From NCBI GenBank assembly GCA_964431135.1, contig CAYSIN010000004.1, forward strand, positions 2,445-66,444: a DNA stretch of 64,000 nt. The letters run 5' to 3'. This document shows, in pieces, positions 56,625 through 64,000 of this stretch (positions within the stretch are counted from its first letter, which is position 1; every line of letters begins with the position of its first letter). The translations under genes were made by a program, and so were the position numbers. The notes below the pieces were generated by a model that was given only the letters and a program-made list of their open reading frames with translations, did no database searches and was not told the DNA's origin. Origin of the DNA: an uncultured Bacteroidales bacterium. GTDB taxonomy: Bacteria; Bacteroidota; Bacteroidia; Bacteroidales; GWA2-32-17.

Positions 56625-56689
56625 CGGGATTATCGGTTTGGTTTGAAAACTTTTTTAAAATAAAATTTGGTGGAATGAAAAAAAAGTTA

Positions 56690-56847
56690 TATCTTTGTGC
56701 GTGTAAAATTATATACGGAGTTACAAAATGAACTATTTAATACACACATTCAATATTGCTCACATGAACAGCATTTTATAAAAACAATCGACTATGGATA
56801 ATGAAGATATAAACGTAATCGTAAGTTTACACAGATGTTACCTGCAA
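56690..56847 (+). ncRNA. Conserved promoter plus ~150-nt 5' leader, copy A2 (candidate cis-regulatory RNA or uORF leader)
   Basis: It starts with a TATCTTTG -7 box and has TTTG about 26 nt upstream. It is about 91% identical to the reverse complement of 48137-48294. It lies upstream of the gene starting at 56894. Confidence 0.55.
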
Positions 56848-56893
56848 GGTTGAAAAAACGATTTAAACTACGAAACATTAAATAAATATTTAA

Positions 56894-57454
56894 ATGAAAT
56901 TTGGAAATATATTAGTTATTGTACTTATATTTTTGACAAGTTGTGCTACACAAAGAACAAGTACTATTGTAGGATGTGATTATGATAAAAATAAAAACCA
57001 AACGGATTATTTTGTTTTTCCATATGGTTCTGTTTCTATTCCAGGAGAATGGAAAAAAACATCATATAATCAAATAGCCAAACAACAATTCTTTAAAAAT
57101 TCAGATAGTATAACAATAGCAATTGCATTTGGACCTTGTGATAAATACGAGTTTAATGCAACTAATCCCAAGAAAGGTTTTGAATTTGTTAAAGCATTCT
57201 ATGAATGGGACTCTGAATTTTTTGTAAAAAATTATCGTTTGACTCAAGAATTAGTTGAATCTAACGAAAATGATAATTTTATAATATGGAGAGCATTTGG
57301 AGAAAATAATAATACATATTGGGACACGTATTTTCTGTTTGGAGAAAAAAATGGTTTTGCAAATAATTTTTCTGTTATGACAACTGACAAATGGACAAAA
57401 GAAGATAAAGTGACCTTTTTAAAAAAAATATACTTACAGGAGAAAACAGAATAA
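56894..57454 (+). CDS. Hypothetical lipoprotein (186 aa)
   Basis: It has a signal peptide plus lipobox (LTSC). The gene is very AT-rich, and I recognised no family. Confidence 0.7.
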   Translation: MKFGNILVIVLIFLTSCATQRTSTIVGCDYDKNKNQTDYFVFPYGSVSIPGEWKKTSYNQIAKQQFFKNSDSITIAIAFGPCDKYEFNATNPKKGFEFVKAFYEWDSEFFVKNYRLTQELVESNENDNFIIWRAFGENNNTYWDTYFLFGEKNGFANNFSVMTTDKWTKEDKVTFLKKIYLQEKTE

Positions 57455-57582
57455 CAACCCAGCAGGTAACATGCGGTCATACGCAATGCGGGGTGCTGTG
57501 CCTGTTTTTATATCAGCTCATTTATTAACCATTGCAGTAACTCGACAAGTGAGCGACCTGAATCCCGCACTGCGCATACCGC

Positions 57583-57683
57583 CAGCCGTTACCGCCAAGT
57601 GTAAAAACCAATACGACAGGACTAAAATAGAAAGTAATCCATTGTGAAAGGACAGAAAAAAAGAAATATTGACAAGACCATAA
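57583..57683 (+). repeat. Conserved ~100-nt 3' element, copy B2
   Basis: It is about 85% identical to the reverse complement of 46956-47055. It lies between convergent genes ending at 57454 and 57763. Confidence 0.8.
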
Positions 57684-57762
57684 CCCAACCCACATGCTGA
57701 CCCGAGTTTTTTTATTTTAAACCCATCACACAAAACTGATATTCCCTATAATTAGTCGTCCG

Positions 57763-60198
57763 TTAAAACGATGCAATAATTTTTATATTCAACCGACGTG
57801 ACGAAAGGTAATTTGGTACAGCATACTGATGACTACTGATATCACTTACCCATTGGTACGATACCGTATTGTCTATATCGAGCAGGTTAAATACTTCCAA
57901 CCCTATCCACAGTTTGCTGAAATATTTCAATACACTCTTGTTTACTTTTTTTTCTGGTGAAGTAATGATTTTAGCAAAACCTATATCCACACGCCTGTAT
58001 GCAGGCATACGGTATATTGCTTCATAACGGGGCGATTTGGGTGGCCCAAACGGTAAGCCGCTGCCAAACAACAAACTCAACTGCATGGTATAAGTAGGGT
58101 CCATAGGCAAGTAATCCTGAAAAAACAAACCCACATTTACACGCTGGTCGGTAGGACGTGGTATATAACCCGGTTCTACACGTTTGGTAACGCCATTTTC
58201 CGTTTTATAATAATAATCGTCTGTTAGGTCTTCCATGGTTTTAAGCAACGATACGCTTGCCCACGATTCTACACCGGGCACAAACTGTCCGTTAATTTTC
58301 ATGTCAAGTCCAGCCACATATCCATTGGAATTATTGTTTCCCAGATAAACTATTCGCACATTTTCTATCTGATAGGGAATTAAATGCGTATATTTTTTAT
58401 AGTATAATTCGCTTATAAAACGGAATGGTCTGTCCCATGCCAAAAAGGTATAATCACTGCCAAGTACAAAATGAAGGGACTTCTGAGAAATCAATGTTTG
58501 CGACAGGGAACCATTGGGCAGACGAGTCTCTTTATACGATGGTGGCTGATAATAATATCCTGTTGCAAATTTAAACCTTATATTACTTTTCCAGTTGGGC
58601 TTATAAAAAAAGGATGCACGTGGACTTATTAACACTTCGTCTATATAGGTGGTATAAGTTTCACGAATACCAATGGTGTAGGATAGTTCACTGCTGTCCA
58701 TTTCTATACAACTTGAATACTGTTGAAAAGAAGACAATTCATTTTGAGTAAAATCATTTTTTCCATAAATTAACGAATACATGCCAACAATAGAATCGGT
58801 ATAGGGAAGTGAATAGCCTGCCGAATCTATCATTTCCCATTCGTGAAGATTGTTTTGTGTAGATTCATGCTGCATAGAAATGCCCCACATCAAGGTACCA
58901 TTGTTATTGTATGAAATTTTTCCTATATGTTGTGCATTAATATGAATAGAGTTCAAATAATTGCGTGCATGGTTCAGGAATGTGCCTACACCAATATTCA
59001 TCAGGCTGTCGCCCATCGTGTTTGAACCAAGTTGCTGGTCCAATTCATTTAAAAAATACTGACCCAAAATATCAAATCGTTCCTGTTCGTCTGAATAATA
59101 TGCCGATATGGTAAACGAAAGTTTTGTTTGCTCATTAGGAAAATGTGTTAAGGTAAATGCTCCCATCGACGTTGTATAGCGGTCATTTTCCTGACCGTCA
59201 AAATAAATTTTTAATTTAAGTGCTTCGTCTATGGTGCCAAACGATGTTTCGCGTGTTTGAGGAACAAAGCGATAATCGTTTTGAGAAATATTTCCCAGAA
59301 AACTAAGTTCTGTCTTTTCGGTAATATCATAAGTCAGGTATGTTTGATAGTCAAAAAAACGAGGTTTGTAGTCGCCTTTGGTGTCCATAGAATTTAAAAG
59401 ATATTGCGATGTTTTGTAACGAAATCCGCTGATATGAGTAAACCGGTGATTACGACTGCAATTTTCCAAAGTAAAGGACGCACCCAATAAACTTGCCATT
59501 ACATCCACGGCATTTTTGGTAGGTTTTTTATATTGTATATCCAATACCGACGACATTTTATCGCCATAATTGGCATCAAATCCACCGGACGAAAAATAAA
59601 TATTGGAAACCATGTCAGGGTTTACAAAACTTAATCCTTCCTGCTGCCCGCTACGAATAAGGGTAGGTCTATACACCTCAATATTATTCACATACACTAG
59701 ATTTTCATCAAAATTACCTCCACGAACGGAATATTGTGAACTAAGTTCATTCGTTTTGGAAACTCCCGGCATACCCTTCAATGTGGCTTCTATTCCGCCA
59801 GACACATCGGGTATAACGTTAATTAATTTTGGGTCCAGATGTTGCATCTGTATATGTTGTTCTTTATTTTCAGTAATAGTAAACGTGGGAAGTTCTTCTA
59901 CTTTTTCGGTAAGATGAATATAAACCGAAGATGTTTTTAAAAGATTTATTTGCACTAGCGTATCACTGTATTCTACATGAGTTATGGATAAGGTGTATAT
60001 TTTTTTTTCAGGAAGTTTTAATTCAAATTTTCCTTCGCTATTAGTTACGGTACCTGTATTTCCAAGTTCCTTTACCAGTATATTGACATCATGCAATGGC
60101 TGATTATTTTTTCCTGATATAATTCCTTTAATAACGAAAGGCTGAGCACACAAGTTTAATGAAAAAAAAAGTATAACAATGCTGGTAAAAAATTTCAT
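57763..60198 (-). CDS. TonB-dependent receptor with an N-terminal carboxypeptidase-regulatory-like domain
   Basis: The protein is 811 aa with a signal peptide and a CarboxypepD_reg segment (IKGIISGKNNQPLHDVNILV). A plug region (SVRGGNFDENLVYVNNIEVY) and a terminal Phe (beta-barrel signature) are present. Confidence 0.85.
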   Translation of the reverse strand: MKFFTSIVILFFSLNLCAQPFVIKGIISGKNNQPLHDVNILVKELGNTGTVTNSEGKFELKLPEKKIYTLSITHVEYSDTLVQINLLKTSSVYIHLTEKVEELPTFTITENKEQHIQMQHLDPKLINVIPDVSGGIEATLKGMPGVSKTNELSSQYSVRGGNFDENLVYVNNIEVYRPTLIRSGQQEGLSFVNPDMVSNIYFSSGGFDANYGDKMSSVLDIQYKKPTKNAVDVMASLLGASFTLENCSRNHRFTHISGFRYKTSQYLLNSMDTKGDYKPRFFDYQTYLTYDITEKTELSFLGNISQNDYRFVPQTRETSFGTIDEALKLKIYFDGQENDRYTTSMGAFTLTHFPNEQTKLSFTISAYYSDEQERFDILGQYFLNELDQQLGSNTMGDSLMNIGVGTFLNHARNYLNSIHINAQHIGKISYNNNGTLMWGISMQHESTQNNLHEWEMIDSAGYSLPYTDSIVGMYSLIYGKNDFTQNELSSFQQYSSCIEMDSSELSYTIGIRETYTTYIDEVLISPRASFFYKPNWKSNIRFKFATGYYYQPPSYKETRLPNGSLSQTLISQKSLHFVLGSDYTFLAWDRPFRFISELYYKKYTHLIPYQIENVRIVYLGNNNSNGYVAGLDMKINGQFVPGVESWASVSLLKTMEDLTDDYYYKTENGVTKRVEPGYIPRPTDQRVNVGLFFQDYLPMDPTYTMQLSLLFGSGLPFGPPKSPRYEAIYRMPAYRRVDIGFAKIITSPEKKVNKSVLKYFSKLWIGLEVFNLLDIDNTVSYQWVSDISSHQYAVPNYLSSRRLNIKIIASF

Positions 60199-60236
60199 TC
60201 GAAAAAGTTTAACACAATAACGGTACAGTCAAAAAA

Positions 60237-61910
60237 TTATTGCAATCCCAATACTTCTTTGCCCTGTTCAAATTTGATATCAATAGGAATACCTGCTTTG
60301 CTAATTTTCTGAATATCCTTTTGCAGTTCGGGAGACATGGTGCCATATATTTCAATCCACGATTTTGCCGTATTGTAATCGCCTTCGGCTAAAACGGTAA
60401 GTATATTTTTGGTTATCTTAATAATTACTTCTTTCATTTTGTCTGGATTTACTTTGTATGTGCCAGTTGTACTGTCCCTCTCAAATGCTTTCATTTTATA
60501 AAGCATGTTAAATGCCATAATATTGGACGACCCTTGCGAAAAAGCAGCCCCAAAACGGACTGACCGAAGTACATTGGCAATAAAAATTACATAATTGTCT
60601 AATAGCGTTGCTTCACTAATAACGTTTTTTTCTTGCAATTGAGTAAGAATATACATATTTAAAATATCTGCCTTGAGCGAATTAATGGTAGGAAAATAAT
60701 CTTTCAATGCATCTTTAACAGCACCCTTGCCATTGACGGTGGTTTTTACCATAATGGCATCGGCTATTTCGTAAGTAACATTATTAATAAAAAATCCTTC
60801 AAACTTAACATTCTCTCGTTCATTTTTATCAATAAGAATATCTGAAATAGGTTTAAGAATCTTATCAAATTTAGCTTTCATGCTGTTTTTAAATTGAAGT
60901 TTGCGACCGCCTTTCTCCATCAAAATTCTACCATCTTTGGGGCGATTGGTAGATATTTGCTTAGGACCGGCATTTGGCCAGCCAGCATAATAAATAGCAT
61001 CAAACACACCAATATTGGTATTGGCAAGAACAATTTGGCTTTTATAGTTTTCTGGAATGTCAAAACTGTTCTTTATTTCTGGAAGATATTTGGAATAGGT
61101 TTCCAGTTTTTTGCTCCATGCTTTATCTTTTATCATTAAAATAGCTTCATAAGCGGCTTTAGTATTGATAAATCTGTCATCTTCAAATTCGAAAGGACCA
61201 ATGTCCAAATCGTACGTTGAGTTTAAGTCAACCCACAACAAATCGCTGGCATAAAAATCATCGGTTAATAATGCCGTAGCACGTTTTTGTAAAAAGTTAG
61301 CAAAGGCTTTATCGGGCGATTTTTGAGCAGCCTTTCTCAATAATTCGGCAGCCTGTTTTAAATAAGATTCATACGCTACATGATAAGGTTGTGTATATAG
61401 GGAACCATCATCGGAGCGTTTAATTACAGTAAACATACTGAGTTTATCTTCAAACTTCATGTCAATAAAAGGAAAATATTTGATGTCGCTTGGATAAAAA
61501 CCTGCACCCATAGGCTTTTTACCAACTCCCTCTATAAAAGGTTCATTATCATTTAATCTATCCCAGGGTCCATAATTTATTTCGCAATATTCTTTTTCTT
61601 CAGGAGTTTTAAGTTTTGGAAACAATGTATCTTTATTACCATACGTTTGAAGCCAGTATATTTCATCCATAATTTTGGCAGCATCGATTAATAAACTCAG
61701 CATTTCCTTTTCCTGTTTGCTGTATTGATTTAAATCAGTGGTCAATGTAAAAGAAGCGTACTGATTAAGTCGTTCCTTAATGGTTAATTTTTTAACGGTA
61801 ATCGTGTCTTCAGCAGTAAGGTTATTTCTCTGACTTGTATTGGAGTTACAGGCAATAAAAAATACCATTGAGACAAAGATAAAAAAAACTATATTTTTCA
61901 TACACATCAT
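60237..61910 (-). CDS. Lipoprotein of the short DPP3-like (M49-related) family with degenerate metal-binding motifs
   Basis: It has a lipobox (FIAC). Family-like blocks are present (IGPFEFEDDRFINTKAAYEA, LKADILNMY, LRSVRFG), but there is only one His in 557 aa and no HExxH or HExxxH. The start may be at 61901. Confidence 0.65.
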   Translation of the reverse strand: MMCMKNIVFFIFVSMVFFIACNSNTSQRNNLTAEDTITVKKLTIKERLNQYASFTLTTDLNQYSKQEKEMLSLLIDAAKIMDEIYWLQTYGNKDTLFPKLKTPEEKEYCEINYGPWDRLNDNEPFIEGVGKKPMGAGFYPSDIKYFPFIDMKFEDKLSMFTVIKRSDDGSLYTQPYHVAYESYLKQAAELLRKAAQKSPDKAFANFLQKRATALLTDDFYASDLLWVDLNSTYDLDIGPFEFEDDRFINTKAAYEAILMIKDKAWSKKLETYSKYLPEIKNSFDIPENYKSQIVLANTNIGVFDAIYYAGWPNAGPKQISTNRPKDGRILMEKGGRKLQFKNSMKAKFDKILKPISDILIDKNERENVKFEGFFINNVTYEIADAIMVKTTVNGKGAVKDALKDYFPTINSLKADILNMYILTQLQEKNVISEATLLDNYVIFIANVLRSVRFGAAFSQGSSNIMAFNMLYKMKAFERDSTTGTYKVNPDKMKEVIIKITKNILTVLAEGDYNTAKSWIEIYGTMSPELQKDIQKISKAGIPIDIKFEQGKEVLGLQ

Positions 61911-61921
61911 AATTCTTTTAT

Positions 61922-62614
61922 TTAAATACTGGTATCATTTTTATAAAATTGAAAACCTAAACGTTTTGCCGATTGAGATTTAACTTTATTAATAATGAGT
62001 TTTATTTGTTCAACCGTAATAATACTTACATCTTCGTAAGGTGGCACAAGCATTTCAAAATCAAGACAATAAAGTATAGCCGATTGAACAATCTTGATAA
62101 AATCATCTATAGACGATAGATTGGCAGCAAAATCGTTATATAAAAATCCCAACTGTCGCTTGCCTTCTACAAAATAATGATTTTCCTGATTGATAAAAAT
62201 ACGGGCAATTAAATAGCCTACATCTTCACTTTGATTATTGATAAACGAATCGCGTAAAAAATTATGAACAGAAATTATCCCAACAAAGGCATGAAGTGGA
62301 TTATCCTGAATATACGAATGAGACCAGATAGAATGACTTTTGTCTATTTCAAAAACAATATTTTGATAACTGAATACAATTACTTCTGTACCAAAAAAAA
62401 GTTCGATATGAGTTGGTTCTATAGTGCATTCCAGTTTTTGATTATTGGACACTTCTTTAAGACTGCTGTTATAGTCATTCGTTATTTCCAGCACCGCTTT
62501 TTTTAAAAACTCAAAAGAAGTATTCAACGATTGAAACACTTCTTTTTTTACAAGAATTTTGTCTTGTAATGTATTTAATATCAGCGATTTTGTTTTTGTG
62601 CCGTTAGAATTCAT
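61922..62614 (-). CDS. Hypothetical protein (230 aa)
   Basis: The ORF is long and well spaced from its neighbours. It has no signal peptide, and I recognised no family. Confidence 0.55.
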   Translation of the reverse strand: MNSNGTKTKSLILNTLQDKILVKKEVFQSLNTSFEFLKKAVLEITNDYNSSLKEVSNNQKLECTIEPTHIELFFGTEVIVFSYQNIVFEIDKSHSIWSHSYIQDNPLHAFVGIISVHNFLRDSFINNQSEDVGYLIARIFINQENHYFVEGKRQLGFLYNDFAANLSSIDDFIKIVQSAILYCLDFEMLVPPYEDVSIITVEQIKLIINKVKSQSAKRLGFQFYKNDTSI

Positions 62615-62663
62615 TTATTAAAAATTAGTGCCAAACAATGAAAGCATAAAATTAATAAAAATA

Positions 62664-64000
62664 TTAATAAGATTTTGCAACAATCACTCTTTTTTTTGAC
62701 GGCTTTCCCGAAACAATGCATTTACCGTCTTCTTCAGGTTGATTAAGTGGAATACAACGTATAGTTGCCTTCAATTCCTCATTAAATTTTTGTTCTGTTT
62801 CTGATGTTCCGTCCCAATGGACACTAAAAAATCCACCGCTATCTATCCTTTCTTTCAATTCAGCATAATCATCTACTTGATAAGTATGCTCATTTCTAAA
62901 CGTGAATGCTTTTTGATAAATATTTTTTTGAATGTCCGATAATAATTGTTTAACCTCAGATACAATGTTCTGACGTGGTACATTTACTTTTTCCAGTGTA
63001 TCTCTTCGTGCCAGTTCAACCGAATTCTGTTGAATATCTTTGGGTCCTACCGAAATTCTTACAGGCACTCCTTTTAATTCATATTCGGCAAATTTCCAAC
63101 CGGGTTTATGAGTGTCGCGGTCATCCAATTTTACCGTAATGTCCTCATTTTTTAACTCATCAAAAAGTTGCTTACCATGCTGGCAAACAATATTTTTTTC
63201 CTCATCTGTACGATAAATAGGAACAATAACAACTTGCAAAGGAGCAATATTGGGAGGAAGAATTAATCCGTTATTATCGCTGTGCGCCATAATTAATGCA
63301 CCAATAAGACGTGTAGAAACACCCCACGATGTTGCCCATACGTACTCTTGCTCGCCTTTTTGATTGAGAAATTTTACATCAAACGCTTTGGCAAAATTTT
63401 GTCCTAAGAAATGAGAGGTGCCTGCCTGCAATGCTTTTCCATCTTGCATCATAGCTTCTATGGAATAGGTATGTATGGCACCGGCAAAACGTTCGGTCTC
63501 TGTTTTTTCGCCGGCAATAACAGGAATACCTAAATATTGTTCGGCAAATGTTGTATAAACATTCATCATTCTTATGGCTTCTTCCATGGCTTCTTCTTGT
63601 GTGGCATGTGCGGTATGCCCTTCCTGCCATAAAAATTCCGATGTTCTTAAAAATAACCTTGTGCGCATTTCCCAGCGTACCACGTTTGCCCATTGATTAA
63701 TAAGCAGCGGTAAATCACGATACGACTGTATCCAGTTTTTATAGGTATTCCATATTATGGTTTCGGAAGTAGGTCTTACTATCAATTCTTCTTCAAGTTT
63801 TGCTTCTTCATCCACAACAACACCTTTGCCGTCGTTGCTGTTTTTTAAACGATAATGCGTAACCACAGCACATTCTTTGGCAAAGCCTTCTACATGGCTT
63901 GCTTCTCTACTAAAATATGATTTTGGTATGAATAACGGGAAATAAGCATTTACATGACCGGTTTCCTTAAACATTCGGTCCAGTGTTTGTTGAATTTTTT
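62664..64000 (-). CDS. proS: Proline--tRNA ligase (archaeal/eukaryotic-type), 5'-truncated by the window edge
   Basis: Class II aaRS motifs are present ([30 protein letters not shown]) with a C-terminal Zn-like domain ending in ...VIVAKSY. The frame stays open past the annotated Met to base 64000. Confidence 0.92.
   Translation of the reverse strand, partial: KIQQTLDRMFKETGHVNAYFPLFIPKSYFSREASHVEGFAKECAVVTHYRLKNSNDGKGVVVDEEAKLEEELIVRPTSETIIWNTYKNWIQSYRDLPLLINQWANVVRWEMRTRLFLRTSEFLWQEGHTAHATQEEAMEEAIRMMNVYTTFAEQYLGIPVIAGEKTETERFAGAIHTYSIEAMMQDGKALQAGTSHFLGQNFAKAFDVKFLNQKGEQEYVWATSWGVSTRLIGALIMAHSDNNGLILPPNIAPLQVVIVPIYRTDEEKNIVCQHGKQLFDELKNEDITVKLDDRDTHKPGWKFAEYELKGVPVRISVGPKDIQQNSVELARRDTLEKVNVPRQNIVSEVKQLLSDIQKNIYQKAFTFRNEHTYQVDDYAELKERIDSGGFFSVHWDGTSETEQKFNEELKATIRCIPLNQPEEDGKCIVSGKPSKKRVIVAKSY

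Noticed and set aside
57455-57600. A GC-rich stretch downstream of the 186-aa gene contains CCTGAATCCCGCACTGCGCATACC. It looks like a tRNA T-arm and acceptor 3' end, and so a possible integration-site remnant.
   Set aside because: I could not fold a T-stem or any cloverleaf. The 5' half needed for pairing is absent, and there is no CCA or discriminator context and no integrase nearby. It is kept only as context for the 3' element finding.
1-64000. I searched for mobile-element genes, tRNA or rRNA genes, CRISPR arrays, and toxin-antitoxin or known defence-system signatures.
   Set aside because: No transposase, integrase, recombinase, cas, restriction-modification or toxin-antitoxin-like motifs were recognisable in any ORF. 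No intergenic region has tRNA or rRNA character. The repeat-bounded islets therefore cannot be called mobile elements on present evidence.

Overview
The window looks like a low-GC Bacteroidota chromosome segment. Supporting signs are T9SS type A and type B C-terminal sorting domains, SprB-type repeats, TAnnTTTG -7 promoter boxes, little or no Shine-Dalgarno signal, and many lipoproteins. It is densely coding, with about 50 genes. Housekeeping genes include rnc (5' partial), uvrA, mutS, rimP-nusA-infB, miaA, lpxD, hutU, apbE and proS (5' partial), plus an exbB-exbD-tonB set. Accessory content includes two ECF sigma factors. The second sigma heads a tightly packed operon ending in an 8.15 kb gene for a 2717-aa SprB-repeat/PKD adhesin with a type B T9SS sorting domain. 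Other accessory genes are a small polysaccharide locus (N-acetyl sugar amidotransferase, GT4, GT2, multi-pass membrane protein), arsC-acr3, and an AmmeMemoRadiSam-type radical SAM gene in a non-canonical operon. There is also an M49/DPP3-like protein that has lost all metal-ligand residues. I saw no rRNA, tRNA, CRISPR array, transposase or integrase. The signal least explained by gene calls is non-coding. Two AT-rich gene modules (about 46.9-48.5 kb on the minus strand and 56.5-57.7 kb on the plus strand) carry unrelated secreted-protein genes. Both are bracketed by the same conserved sequences: a promoter plus a ~158-nt 5' leader (~91% identical) and a ~100-nt 3' element (~85% identical). The modules are inverted relative to each other around an 8.4 kb core segment. 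A GC-rich hairpin and short-box repeat family also recurs in at least four intergenic regions. All functional calls come from motif recognition by eye, and no database search was run.
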